From assembly GCF_006345805.1 (NCBI RefSeq), contig NC_043004.1, forward strand, positions 102,486,001 to 102,550,000: 64,000 nucleotides of DNA, given 5' to 3'. Below the pieces are notes generated by a model. The model was given only the letters and a program-made list of their open reading frames with translations. It did no database searches and was not told the DNA's origin. The stretch comes from Octopus sinensis (Eukaryota). Positions 25,743 to 40,300 of this stretch are shown piece by piece (position 1 is the first letter of the stretch; every line of letters begins with the position of its first letter). Made by a program: the position numbers and the translations under genes.

Positions 25743-26896
25743 GTACAAGACCACGAGTATGTAAGTCAATTAAAATTATCTCTGCTACATGACCAGTACT
25801 TATTGTATCAAGTTTTGTGATGAACAGCAACATTGATCCTAGCAAGATTTGATCTCAGAATGTTCTGGTGTGGAACTAGATTGTGCCAGGCATTTTTATC
25901 TTCTATTTGCTGCTCCACATTTGCTCTGATGATAATGGTTCTGACTGTTAAAGCCATGCATTTTTTTCCCCCAGTCATTGGAGAGTGACCATTCTGGAGC
26001 ATTACTTTTGATGGATTTTAATTGATCATGCCACATCACCTGCAGTATTGATCTCTATATATCTGGATAGGAAGATACTATTTTTGACACAAGGCTTCAC
26101 AATTCAACACCAGTAATCAAAAACAGGCACAGAAACACATGCATACACACGTGATAAACTTCTTTCTGTATAACAAATTCCAATCACAAGTCACTAGTCT
26201 ACTCTAAACTATAGTAAAAGCATGACATGGTTTTGGAATGAGCTTAATCACATGGCTATCCTTGTTCTTATGGTTATACATTACTATCAGGATTTGCAAA
26301 TTTATTATCTGTACATATTCAATTATTCTGCTCTCCAGCCCCACCTCCCCCATTGATTTCAAAATACCTTTATGTTAACTTACCTTTGCTTTAGCTCCTA
26401 ATTTCAATGTATTGTATCCTTTGTGTTTGTGAATAATTGTAATAACATTTCAGTCGAATCTTACTTTAATCTCAGTCCTACTCCATCTTCATATTCTTCA
26501 TATTAAACATCAAACATTACCAAACATTTCCTCACAACCTAAAAAATATAATTTAGTGTAGAATTATTAAAATTTTTCACATATATTCTCTACTTTTCTT
26601 TAACGTTTGCAGAAACATTCAAACATGCTTTTGATTTTACTCAAAATTTTGGTGAGGGTTTTTTTTTCTTCTTTTTTTTTCTACCCTTTCACTTTCTTCA
26701 GAGCTTTTAATCTTATGTAAACACATTTGTTGATTTCTTAGATCTTTGTTAAAATTAAGCCAATAGGGAGCCTCTCAATATAGCATTTCAATCTATTAGA
26801 AGTAGCAGCTAAGTTTCTTTTAAATTACACCTACCATTTAATAATAATAATAATGATAAAAGAAACATTAGATATTGTCACCATACACACCTTTAA

Positions 26897-27117
26897 TCCT
26901 GTAGTATTTAAACTGACCATAACTGGCCCAAATATTCCACTTGTTTTATGTTCAAATTGACCATATCCAGCCTCTCTCACCTTACAATGTCAGTCTTAGA
27001 ATAAACAGAACAGTCATATCATTGAAATACTGAAGCTACAAGATAATGCATGGTTAATAGAAAACAATGAGAATAAATAAGCATTACATATGCCAAAATA
27101 ATCTGAAAGCTAAAGGG
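26897..27117. mobile_element. piggyBac-like TTAA MITE
   Basis: TTAA flanks (26893-26896, 27118-27121) and right end GCTAAAGGG. Confidence 0.65.
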
Positions 27118-27339
27118 TTAAAATGTTGATATAATTGGAACAGAAATGTCTGATTATAGCTTTGCCTAACAAGGGTAGAACTGGAGCGAAATATCAGTGC
27201 CCAAAAACCATCTTTACTTGTTCAAATAATGATTGTTGAGATAAATGTTATTGATGAAGTAAAATGTTATTGATTGATTTTTGTCTGTAACTCTAACACT
27301 CGTGGTTTTTTAATATCATTATTTTTTAACTTGGTGATA

Positions 27340-27800
27340 TCCCTTTGATATTCTGAGTTCAAATCTTGCCTGCCTGAGTTGACTTAGCTATTCATATTTG
27401 TGTAGTCAGTATTAGTTAAATACTGATGTTGAGCTAATCAAGTTGTACTCCACTCTCAATTTGGACAAAATGTCCTGCACTAAATTACCAGCTTGGTACT
27501 GTTGGTCAGTGGTATTGACTGACCCTTAACCCTAAAGATTCCTAGCTTTGTGCCTAAACCAGAAACCATTAATATTACTGTTATTATCAAGGACGGTGAA
27601 TTGGCAGCATCATTAGAGCATTGGATAAAATGTTTTTTGGTATTTCTTTTAGCTTTTTTTACGTTCTAAGTTCAAATTCTGTCAAGATCAACTTTATCTT
27701 TCATCTTTCTGGGCCTTATGTAGTTAGAAATTATTAATTACAGCCCTTTACAATCTGAGTTTAAATTCCACCCAGTTCGTCTTTATCTTTAATGTCTATT
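27340..27800 (+). mobile_element. Cluster of degenerate SINE family B copies
   Basis: Repeated TGAGTTCAAAT...GACTTTGCCTTTCATC-like core as at 58008-58440. Confidence 0.6.
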
Positions 27801-30800
27801 TACTCCCCATCCTGGTATGAACTGAAAAGATCTGTGACATATTTCCATCAATTCCATATTCTGCATCATCATCATACTTATGACTTGCTTTTTTATCACT
27901 TCTTCAAATTACCTTTCCAAATTGTATTCAGTACGTCTCTTTCTAAGGTACTCTGTTTCAGCTCAGAAAATTGCTCTCTCATACATTCATTCCTTTCACA
28001 AAACAGCCATATTACATGTATTGCAATGAGCAGCACCATTAATATTTAGCTGCTTTATCAATTCATTTGCATTCATTCCATTTTCTAAGTTCAAGTACAA
28101 TATTCAGATGATAATTTAACTCTTCCCTCTTCAGTAAATGTGGTTCTTCCATTTTACTCCCCCATATCTCACTGCCATATTGTGTAGGGAGTCTCTCCTC
28201 AAATGGCCATAGAATTCCTTTGTGGAACAAAGCAATAATTTTCTAAATTTCAACCCTTTTCAGTTTTTACACCGTTTTATCACTGACTCCACCCCTACCA
28301 TGTGTGAGGTCAGTTTTTCAGGAAATTGATTTCATTATAAATAATGAAGCTAACATTGGCCAATCACCAGCTGTTCTTTAGAATAAAATTAATTCTTCCC
28401 TTAAGTCATTAATATTCAAATTAAAATGGGGGTCTGTGAGTGATAGCATCTAAATTGTTGTTATGCCTTTATCGATTCGAATATCTCCTGATCGTCGCAG
28501 CTGACAAAGGGTATGTTTAAAGAGTTTGTTTTCATGTAATTTAGAGAGAAAGGTAGCTGGGAAGTGGTGAGGAAGTAGAGTGAAGTTCTGTTGGGTTCAA
28601 TCATTTATGTAATCTAGTTTGTTGTTTCATCACTCTGTGTTTGAACTCTTTCACGGTTGACTTGGCTTTTCATTCTTCTAGGCATAAATAAAATTGACAT
28701 CTGCTCTCTTATATCATCTACTCAACCTTGCCTCTGTGGCAGATAAAAATGTCAACAGCATTACTGTATACTCCATTCTGTGTCACAGTGCCAGGTTTTA
28801 CTAAAGGTAGCCTGGGTTTTTCACAAAAGTGTTGAATAGTATGTTTCATCATCGTCATGTAACATCCAGTTTTTCACGCTTGCATGGGTGAGACAGAATT
28901 TGTTGACAGATTTTTCTTATGACTTGATGCCCCTTCCTGTTGCCAAGCTACACCTGTTTTCAAGCAACATGATATTTCCAGACACATTTTCCAAAGAAGA
29001 TAGATACAAACAACCTCACTCGTATGATGGTGATGCTTGTTTACAACCATCTTTTAATGTCCAGCCAAGGGTACACAGTCACACACATATATGAAACCCA
29101 CACACATGACTTTGGTTGGGTCAGGGTCAATCAAAGATACTTGCGCAGAGTGCTATGCAGTGGGACTGAACCTAAGGCTGCATTGTTAGGAAAGAAGTTT
29201 CTTAGCCACAACTTATGTACATATAATGGTTTTATAAATTTCTTCCAAGTACCTTCATGGGATTTTGTGAAACTGCACACTGAACCTGTGTAAAACCATA
29301 CTGAAAAGAAGGAATTGTATCTGTTTTAGCCACTTGACCAAGTGAACCAATAATTGGGATTAATATTGTTTACATATGACATCAAAAATATATACACTGT
29401 ATACCAAATATAATATCAAAATAACAGAAAATATTGTAAACTTCATATAAAATTAAGCATTGCACCCCCACCCAATATTTATTGTTTTTAACACTGCATG
29501 TCCATCAGATGTTATCTTAGGATGAATATAGCTGTAAACTGGCCTCTTAAAGTTGTATATACGTTAAATATGATACATAATTGACTAAAAATTATGAGGG
29601 TGATGTGTAGATATTTAATTTCATTTACCTATGGTGGATGATAAATTAGCTTGACATAGTAGAGGTAGAGGGGATAACTTGATCATTATGTGTTGATAGA
29701 ACTGTAATACTTACCTCATACTCAGAAAAGTCTGATGTGACTGGCTTTAGGTCACTTTGTAAAAGAGCTCAACAGATTCAGTCTTCTCTGAAAAATCTAT
29801 AAATTTACTATAGATTTTGAGAAAACTGAGAAAGATTCAAGAATGTTGATGTAAATTCTACTGTGATTTCATCAACTATTGGTGACAGTGTTCTTGATAA
29901 AATTGAGAAATTCACTATCATGGGGGTTATTTCTCTTGTAACTAAAAAAACAAAATTGATAACACATTTTTATGTTAGATGAACATAGCTCCCCCAGAAT
30001 TCTAGATAAGTGGATTTGAATATTGGTGAAGGAACAGCTTTTGAATCTAAAATGCTATACAATGGTGATCTGACACTTTATCTTAGAAATGCAAGGTACC
30101 ATTTGAGGGCTTAGAAATAACCAATAACAATAGCTCTGAATGGAGAAACATGTCATTAAATTTCTTTTAAAAATCTAAGCATTCCACACTACAAAGCAAA
30201 AAGGAAATAGATTGGGGTATATATGATATTTTGTTTATAAAGCCATCTTCGCAGTCAGTCATAGCAAGCGAAATAGTCATAAATATAAAGAGGTGGCTTA
30301 GTCTGAAAACAGGTGTAAAAAGCTATGCTGATCAATGGCTGGCCTGAAAAACCATTTGCGTTATTCAAACCAATAAGAATTATTACAGAAAACCAAGTGC
30401 ACACACATACACATTATATTCAATCCAGTTTGTAGGCAGGGTAGCTGTCCAATGAAAGCTACATAACAGCTTGGTTTCTATCAATTTTCTTTTAAAAGCT
30501 AATGTTTATATATTGAGACATTTTATATTGCTAAAATGTTGTCTGTATTTATTTACTTTTTTAGATGTGAAACTGAAAACAGTATTCGATCACCAGCTTT
30601 CAATTGTGTATATTCTCATGTTCTTGTAAATTAGACGGAAACGTTATACGAAAGAGTGGAGAGGAAGAGAGAGAGACAGAGAAAGAAAGAGGGGGATGGG
30701 GGCTATACATGTGTTTTCATAACTTTGAACATCTTCATTTAATCTGTGCCAGTTTGTATGATATGACTTGAAAGGAATTCTTCTGGATATCATTTCAGAA

Positions 30801-31561
30801 TATTGATGTCTTATAACTCACATTAACTATTATCTCATACACATCGAAACTGGCTATATTCAGCTTATCCCATTTTTCACTTATTACTATATTTCATATA
30901 TTGCAGTCCTATTGAAAGCATTTTTCTTCCCTCTTTTATTTATTTTTTTTTTCTTTCTTTCTTTTTGGACTAAAAGAGCTGCCGAAAAATAAATACAACT
31001 TAATCTGTTATTTCTTTTTTTTTTTCTTTTAATTTCTACAAGTTGTTCACATCTTAGTTTCTAAAGAGCAAATGAGTTCTATGTATGTTAAAGTATTGTA
31101 TGCAGTGTGTATTTTTATTTGATTGTACTCTTTTACAGAGATGTGTAATGTGGTCATAACACCATTCCTCCAAATATCTTCAATATTTCTTCTTCTCATT
31201 CCCAGAGCTTATTTCTTTTATTAATGTGTGTGCATGCATTTCGCTTCAAAACAGATGAAAGTATGGAAAAGATTTAGTTTGGTGACTTGTAAAGTCATAT
31301 CTTTTAGATACTTTTACTATTTGTATTGTGAAGCATAATAACTAAGTAACTCAAAAACCAAGGGATTTATTTATTTATTATATTCTTCAATACGTCACTT
31401 AATTTCACACATATTATTTCATAAGCAGCATAGTGGCTGAGGACAGTCCTGCACTGTATCAATAGGGTACCAAACAATAAACCAAATGAAGAAGGGTTCA
31501 TATCCTAACCCTGGTGCTGTGTAGCAGACCAAGACATGTCATTCTCATTGAACCTGTTTAT

Positions 31562-31830
31562 CTTTTTTACTTGTTTCACTCATTGGATTGTGGCCATGCT
31601 GGGGCACTTTCTTGAAAAGTTTAATTAAACAAATCAACCCCACTAACTTTTTATTTTTAATGCCTGGTGCTCATTCTGTTCATATTTTTCCATCTACCAA
31701 ATCCTCTCACAAGGCTTTTGTCAGCCCTGGGCTATAGTAAAAGACACTTACCCAAGGTTTATACACAGTGGGACTGAACCTGTAACTGTGTGGTTGGGAA
31801 GCATGCATCTTACCACACAGCCATGTCTGC
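31562..31830 (-). mobile_element. SINE family A with internal deletion
   Basis: Reverse-complement homology to both ends of 5258-5643. Confidence 0.75.
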
Positions 31831-32912
31831 TCTGTCTAGCTATAAGTAAATAAAAAACAATAAACAGTGGTGATACCTTAAAACTGAATGCTTTATATAC
31901 TCTGTTCCAGTACTGAGTTAAATACTTCTCTTAGGGAAAACTTTGGCATTTAATCCTCAAGATGATTTGACTTTCATTCATTTAACACCCAGAAACTAGA
32001 ACTTGCATTGGTGCTCTGTTCAACAGAAGATTTGTTATTCATATGTATAATGACTTTGTAGTAAAGCTGCTACTTACATGGTTTTCTGATTAGATCTTTA
32101 TATTGATATTAAGTTGTTTGAGTAAACTTGAAGTTCTGCTCCAGTTAACCTATTAAATGGATATACCTAATTAATTGCTTTGAGTAAGTCATGAGCCTAA
32201 TTCATTGGATATGCTTTGTGTATGTCCCATCCATGAATATAAACTGTGTTCATTTAAGTTAAACCTCAACTTTCTTTCTCATACAAGTTATGATTTGCAG
32301 CTTGTAGCTGTTTTTATAAAAAAATTTTCTTGAGAGACGTTGGTATAATGACTCAGACTGATTGATGGCTTCTGAGGTATTTTCACCTTACTCTCTCCTG
32401 TGTGTGGTATGTGTTTGTATTGTTCATTCGTTAAACTCTGTTTTTCCATACTAGCATAACGAAGATGTAGAGGCATTGTTTTACTGCTGGATAATTTTCT
32501 TGTTACTAACCCATACCCATTTTTCTAGGCCTTCTCTTCAAAAGTGTTGTGCTACAATGCAATTTATTGACAGGGAATTGTTGATGTATTGTCCAACGCA
32601 CACCATGGAAGGTGGATGTTAACAGATGATTATGATAATGATGATGACTATTGCCTCTATAAAGTCATTGAAGAATGTTAACATTCACACACACACATGT
32701 ATGTAATGTGAAAATGTGATAAATTTTGTTTTGGGAGTTTTTTTAAACCCAAGTATAGCTTTCCTTGATCCTTTAGTCTATTAACAGTTCAAGATCTTCA
32801 GTACCTCACCAGAATGAAGTGATGGTGTATGTTTATATATGTGCGTATATATATGTATATCTATGCACACACATTCTTATATACATTTATGTATATGTAT
32901 ATATACAGTGAA

Positions 32913-33256
32913 GGCACATGGCTCAGTGCTTAGAGCGTCAAGCTTACAATCGTGAGGTTGTGAGCTCGAATCCCAGACCGGGTTGCATGTTGTGTTCTTG
33001 AGCAAGACACTTTATTTCATGTTGCTCCAGTTCACTCAGCTGTAGAAATGAGTTGCAACGTCACAGGTGCCATGCTGTATTGGACCCTTAGCCTTTCCCT
33101 TGGATAACACTGGTGGCGTGGAGAGGGGAGGCCGGTATGCATGGGTGACTGCTGGTCTTCCGTTAAAAAAAAAAACAACCTTGCCCAGACTTGTACCTGG
33201 GAGGGTAACTTTCTACGTGCAATCCCATGGTCAGTGTCGTGACCGAAGGGGGTCTC
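32913..33256 (+). mobile_element. tRNA-derived SINE, family C (single copy here)
   Basis: tRNA-like head with TGGCTCAGTG A-box and GCTCGAATCC B-box, central TTGAGCAAGACACTT...CTCAGCTGTAGAAATGAG domain and unrelated GC-rich 3' part. Confidence 0.75.
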
Positions 33257-34159
33257 AGATGTATATATACATATATCTGTGTGTATGTGTGCATTATATA
33301 TGTGCTGACTGAGCCTATCCCCCCCCCCACCTGGACAGACAACAGTCAATTTCTTGTATTAGGAGGGACCAACTGACAGACATTGACAAAGTACATAATC
33401 ATCCTTGGCACGGGACTAACCTATTAGAAATAACAGTCAAAACTTAAAAGAGAAGATACAAAACCAATGTAGTCCCTAGACATACAAGCAAAAATGTCTG
33501 GTCATAGTTTGCCATAAATTTACTCAATCAGCAGGACATACTTGGGACAGAACGGAGCAAGAACATTTTATTTCAATTTAGAGGAAAAAGGTGGGGGAAA
33601 TCTGCATTTTTAACCAATACAACGTTTAAAGCTGTAAGTAACTTTAGAATATGCATTTCACTACCAATCAATAAACATGGAAAAGTGGTGAATAAAAAGT
33701 GCTATTTCTAATCAACAGAGTAAATGAAGATGGAACAATTTAACAATTAGCAAACAAGAATCTAACTAAGGCTGATTTATCTATCATCAAAACATTAAAA
33801 TCAAAATAAAACACAAACAAAAGTTCAAATTAACCAAGCAGAATATTAATTAGAAACCTTAAATGAAAAGAAAACTTGTGAAATATTAATCTAATCATGT
33901 CAAGCTATTAGAGAGTGATCAAACAGTTGTTTGTATAGTTTATAATAAAATTATTCCAATAAGATTTACACAGACAAGCCTTTGTGTGATATCTAATAGA
34001 ACAGAAAGTTTATAAAAACAGATGACCTGCAAGTATCAATAATTTAGCAATTTCTTGATCTGTTTCATATACAAATACAAGTATATATATATATATATAA
34101 ATTATTGTAAACAAAACATATCTCTGAATAAAGCTTATAAATTACATTTATAAATTATA

Positions 34160-34231
34160 TATATATAGATAGATATATTATATATATATATATATTATAT
34201 ATATATATATATGCATATATATATATATATA

Positions 34232-34269
<38 letters not shown>

Positions 34270-34298
34270 TATATATATATATAATATATATATATATA

Positions 34299-34330
<32 letters not shown>
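34160..34330 (+). repeat. Interrupted (TA)n microsatellite
   Basis: TA run punctuated by recurrent GC and TT/AA interruptions. Confidence 0.95.
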
Positions 34331-34332
<2 letters not shown>

Positions 34333-34877
34333 CTTATTGTGGAATTATTGAAATGCTATAAAACGTCAAACTAAAAGGATATTTAATGAAAATAATAATT
34401 TTGCCAATACATGAATTAACAAAAGATAAACAAATAAAATTACTCTAAAATTATAGAAGTTGCTAAGTATGAAGTGTATATAAATAGTGAATTGGAAATA
34501 TTTAATAATTTCATTGCTAATTTAACAAGCACTTTTTATACAAGTTTGTCCAACTGTTTACAGAAAATCAACATATTTTGAGTTTGAACCAAAATAATTC
34601 ACACCTCTTCACGAAAATATTGCTATTAGAAGATTAAATTAAATACGAGTTGTTAGTAAGATAATAATTCTTTGGACTATTAATTAACCTCATCTCTAAA
34701 ATGAAACTACGTTGATTTTTGAAAATTTTTCGTTAAAGACTATAAACAACGAAACTGCATTTCCATCAGTGTCTGCTCACCTACAGCCATCATATCTTAT
34801 TCATGGATAGGTAAACAATTCCAGACAGTATTCAAACAAGAAAATTTGTTCTATGAAGCTAAGGGTAATAATATTTC

Positions 34878-35357
34878 AATTCATGCCGCCTCCACTGGCT
34901 TCCGTGCCAGTGGCACATAAAATACACCAATCCGACCGTACGACAGGCACCCATGCCAACCCCTTTGCTTGTGAAGACATGTTGGGGCAAGCGAAATCGA
35001 AATCGAATTGAACCAGCCAGGATCCCTGGTCTGGTGGTACGTAAAAAGCACTATCCGACTCGTGGCCGATGCCAGCACCGCCTCGACTGGCTTCCATGCC
35101 GGTGGCACATAAAATACACCAATCCGACCGTGGCCGTTGCCAGCCTCGCCTGGCACCTGTGCAGGTGGCACGTAAAAAGCACCCACTACACTCACGGAGT
35201 GGTTGGCGTTAGGATGGGCATCCAGCTGTAGAAACATTGCCAGATAAGACTGGAGCCTGGTGCAGCCTTCTGGCTTCCCAGATCCCCGGTCGAACCGTCC
35301 AACCCATGCTAGCATGGAAAGCAGACGTTAAACGATGATGATGATGATGATGATGAA
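34878..35357 (+). mobile_element. RTE LINE 3' UTR with four stem-loop units and (GAT)n tail
   Basis: Four GTGCC(N3)GGCAC-TAAAA-type units, then GAGTGGTTGGCGTTAGG...ACGTTAAAC(GAT)n. Confidence 0.9.
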
Positions 35358-36634
35358 TACATCATAAATGTAATAGTGGCTGAATGGATAAGGATGTTTA
35401 GTTACAAGTAAATATGTATTATTTGTTCATTCTAAAATTGAGATTAATAGTATGAAAGATATAGATCGCACAATTTGTGGAATCTGCTTCTTTTGCTATT
35501 GTTTCTAGTTTTTTTTTTTTTAATTCTCTGTAATGTAGTTAGTTCAGTGCAGAGGAAGATTAATTCATGGTGCTATGAAGACCTCTTAGCCTGTCGCTGG
35601 GATCAAGAGGCAAATGAAAATTAGTGAGTTTAATAAGATTTGGAATATAACTACACACTCAAGACACCAAACATGCAGATAGGCAGGCAGGCACGCGCAC
35701 ACACACACACATTAAGGTATTTTCTGCGAATAGATACTTAAGATAGGCAGGAATCATCATTAAAAAGAAAATTTCAACAAGACATGAAAGGGCATAAAAT
35801 ATCCAAAAGCAAATAAAAATGTTAACTAACTATATGGACACACGCATTTAGATGCAAATATGCATGTGTATATACATCCATATATGTGTGTCTGTGTGTA
35901 TACACACACATATGTATGCATATATATGTGCATAGATAGACATACAGACATGCATATATAGACACACATATATATTCATACACACACATTCACATAAATT
36001 TGACCATGAAGGCTACAGAATGTATAGTACACATTGGAAGAGAGAAAAGAATGATACAAAAATAACAGAAAATTTGTTATATAAAAAAAGGAAAGGGCAA
36101 TGTAATCTATTTGAGTCTTTTTTGTGTACCTACCTTCCTTTTGGCAGCATATACACATATACATACACACACACATACATACACCATATATATACACACA
36201 CGCACACACATATATACATGCACACATACATATAAATATATATCTGCAAATATATACACTCACTCAAAAGATTATAGCTATATGCTGTCAAAGGCTTCAT
36301 CAAAATATGTAAAACATACACAGTTCAGCATGTAAAATGATATATTCAATGCCATTAGTGCTTGCACCCATGTCTACATACATGCATATATCATACATAC
36401 ATACATACATACATACAAGTCTGCTCAGTTTGATGGTGTGTAAATTTCATTCAGGGAGTTTTGCTTCTAAACTAGAAACTGGCTCATTCTCTATTGGTAA
36501 GAAAATTCTAACTACTGTACAAATACACACACACACACACACATGCATGTGGATATAAGCATCATATAATCTGGTCGTTTCAGCTCATTTTGCTCTGGTT
36601 TCAAATATCAATGGTGTTAACTTTTGGAATAGAT

Positions 36635-36911
36635 AAAGCCTTGTGAGTGGATTTGGTAGACGGAAACTGAAAGAAGCCTGTCGTATATATGTATATGTAT
36701 ATATATTTGTGTGTGTCTGTGTTTGTCCCTCCAACATCACTTGACAACCGATGCTGGTGTGTTTACATCCCCATAACTTAGCAGTTCGGCAAAAGAGACC
36801 GATAGAATAAGTACTAGGCTTACAGAGAATAAGTCTTGGGGATGATTTCCTCGACTAAAGGCAGTGCTCCAGCATGGCTGCAGTCAAATGACTGAAACAA
36901 GTAAAAGAGTA
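36635..36911 (+). mobile_element. SINE family A, 5' truncated
   Basis: Starts at AAAGCCTTGTGAGTGG and is colinear to the 3' end AAAAGAGT. Confidence 0.85.
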
Positions 36912-37315
36912 TACAAACATGCTTATACCTCTATATATAATGTAGAAAATGGAGGAAGTTATAACATCACCTGTTGCATCTACTGTAAACCTTGTATTTG
37001 TTCTAAAGTGACATCAAAACTGTAACCATCCAAATTAAGGAACTTAACCTAAGTTGCTTAGAGTACATACAATCATAAACTAGTATCAAGGTATGTTGTA
37101 TGTATGTGTGTGTGTATTTAAATAATAAACTGATCAAATGGTCAAGATTTCAAAATTTAGTATAACTCTTTCAGAATCTCTAGGATAAGTTACTTATTCC
37201 TGCCTTCACAATTAAATTACATATAATTTTAAAACTAATTAAGGCTTCATTCATTGCTTAAAACAAAAGCATTTCTTTGTAGCTAGAGAGATGACATTTT
37301 TTTTTCCCCTTGCAG

Positions 37316-37327
37316 GGTCATGTAGAA
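37316..37327 (+). CDS. Candidate 12-nt microexon
   Basis: TTTTTTTTTCCCCTTGCAG|GGTCATGTAGAA|GTGAGT: near-consensus acceptor and donor, frame-preserving length. Confidence 0.35.
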
Positions 37328-40300
37328 GTGAGTTGGATTTTTCCTCTTACAGTGTTTCATTTAACAATTAATAATGAGACAATTTTATTGAAAGTATGAT
37401 AAAAGAGGACAAGTCAGCAATGTTGTAACTCTGAATCTGACGGTAGATTAAGTTATAAGAAGTACTTCCAGGCTGTTAATTTATCTTATTTTCATCAACC
37501 TGAATATACTTATCTTAGGAAAGATATAAATTAGTTTTAAGTTTTGGTATTTTCCTATGTAATTTACACTTTTCACTTATTTTTAACCTTGTTGATATTT
37601 AAATTTGGACATTTTGATAACCTTTTTCCTACCAAAAGTAAATAAAATAAAATAAACTTGAAATATTTCAAATTTTCATTGATTTCAGAATCCTGATAAT
37701 ATTTTTCAAACTTTTCTAAGTTCACTTTTTAAAATTTGCAGGGGCAAGCATTGCTTTTTTTTTTCTCATTTTCGCATTTTAAATTAATTTTCAACTTAAT
37801 TGCTACTTGAAATAATGGAATTCTGATTACACTGATACAGTAACAACACATTCACATCTTGTATCTTATTCCTTCAACAAGTTAAGAGAAATAGGATACC
37901 GACATTCAAAGCATATTTTTTCTCTTTTACATACATTTGAGGTTACTGCCAATTGTTGTTTTTAGTTTTGCTGTTGTTGTTGTTTAGATCAAACCATAAT
38001 CAATCAGGCTTCAATCAAAGACATTCTATCTGTGACAATCCCACTATCTATTGTGACCTTTCCTTATTTAAAAAAAACAGTGTATTTTGAGGAAGATTTA
38101 CCTGCTATTTCTAGTAAGTTGAGCAATCTTGTGAGTCTCAATAAGGTTGCTAGATTTTGTCTATTCTGTAAGTGTATCTGAATTAAAAAAGATATGGAAA
38201 CTTGTTAATATATTCTATATTTACCATTCAGTCAAATGGTAAATGGTCTATAATATTTAATGTTTTCTGTTTAATTACACCAGTTAAGGTGTTATTTGAA
38301 AAAAAAATGTCTTTTCTATTGAATGCCCATCAAGAAAAGCTGTCACCCATCTCAATTTCGTTATTAGACTAGCTCATTAGTAAAGTTTTACTGTTTTGTT
38401 TTGTTAACACCTAAATGTAAAAGGAGAAAAACTCATAGTTTATCACTTTTAGTTGTGTTATTAATTAGTCTGCTAACAGCTCAAAAGGTTTTTTGAGGCT
38501 TGTTGTAAAATTTTGAGTGCTTGCGGGGTGGGACACCTACTGGATGGGCATGGGGTTCTGGTTATCTTCAGAAATTTGATTTTTCCTCATTGAGATAAAT
38601 TCACATGATCCTGGACAGCCAATAATCTATTGTAGAGACTACATAAAATGAAACAGTTTGAGTATACCCTTCATCTTTTTTCAACTGTGCTACTGACAAT
38701 ATGATCATAGGTATGATAATAAATGTAACACCTTTCTTTTACTAGTTAACCAAACTAGGATCTTTTTCTTTTAGTATAATGGTGTTCCAGTTTACCTTTT
38801 CACTCTTGATAGATAACTACAATAAAAGCATACTTAATCTTAACTGTCAGTGGCATTTAATATTCTGAAAGAGTAACCACATTTTGTCACCATTCAACCA
38901 GAATGTTAGTAAATGGTCTTTCCTGTCCATTAATTGACAATTCATGTGACATTTTTTAATCTAGAAACTTTGTATTACAATGTTACTATTATTGGAATCA
39001 GGATCAAGTTTCTAAGCCAAGACTATATCTGTCTTAGAATAATTTTTCCTAAACTCAACAAAGTGACCGGGTCAGTTTAATATTTATTAAATTGGCAGTC
39101 ACTCTACTTACTGACATTTTTTCTCTCACATGCAGAATAAAATATCTTAGCTCGTAAACATTATTTTCTAATATTCCTGTAGCACACTTAACTTTCTTGA
39201 CCTCATCATGCTATGTGCAATTTTCTATTAACGAAGAGGTCAAATTTGACCACTGGTTATGAAGTATAGTAATGAGTTCTTTTTTTGTTTTTTTATCAGA
39301 CTTTTTTAATTTACAGTATTAAACAAGGGTTAGCAAATTATAAAATTTACTTTCAAGGTGTCTCCTTGCCTTCTCATTGCATGCTTGTTGTAAATGAATG
39401 TCATTTATTCCCAATATTCTTCAAAAACATGTCTGGTCTAGTAAGGGTTGGTGACAGGAAATCTAGTAAGGGTTGGTGACAGGAAGAGCATCCAGCTTTA
39501 GAAAATCTGCCTCAATAAACTCCATCCACTTCATGCAAGTATGTGAAAGTGGATATTAATATGATGAGGTATTACATTTGGAATGGTGTACATGCATGTG
39601 TGCACACACTCACACGCACGCACACACACATGCACATTCGTTTCATTAATTCATTCATTTGTGAATAGATTTACTCTATTGTAAAGCAACCATTTCAATT
39701 TATTTCATTTGAATAATATATTTGTCAGAAAGAATTTTAATGCTTTATGAGTCATTTTAATTCTGAAAATTCTTCCCAGTAGTTGGAAGATATCACATTC
39801 TTTATCCCATGCTAAGATAGTTTTTTGACTTGAGTAATGTGACATTGTTAAAATTTGATATAGGGTTATTATTAATTCTTGCATTTTTATTTTCTGTACA
39901 AAACAAGCAGAAAAGTTTTCAAAACTTATTTTTGTTTGCATGTTACCTTATATATGACAGTAATGTTAATACAACAAAGTTTCATTACTAAAGAGGTTAA
40001 ACAGATTAAACATAGTTTTAAAAAGAAAGCTTTGGGATTTAAAATTTTTTATCTTAAATTTATTATTGTTTTTAAGTATTTGATTTCCCATTTTCTGCAG
40101 AAACAGTAAATATACATTGGTTTTATTTATTTTATCTCACCCAACCTACCTTCTCTTTCTCTCTCTCTTAAGGAAAACGATATTTTGCAGTTATTTTAAC
40201 ATTACTTACAAACATAAGTGCTTATCTAAAATTTGATTCTTTACTTGTCGAAATAAATCAAATCTCTGTTGCAACATGTCGTTTGCCCAGCCCACCACCA

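Noticed and set aside
29750-30400. Possible very old LINE RT remnant (IGDSVLDKIEKFT...)
   Set aside because: Similarity is too short and degraded to call without a profile search.
32913-32985. Possible tRNA gene
   Set aside because: Acceptor and anticodon stems pair poorly and the sequence continues into a SINE body. Heads of families A and B were rejected likewise.
34878-35357. Repeat-spacer pattern resembling a CRISPR array
   Set aside because: Eukaryotic context, spacers are homologous to each other, no cas genes, and it is contiguous with an RTE LINE end.
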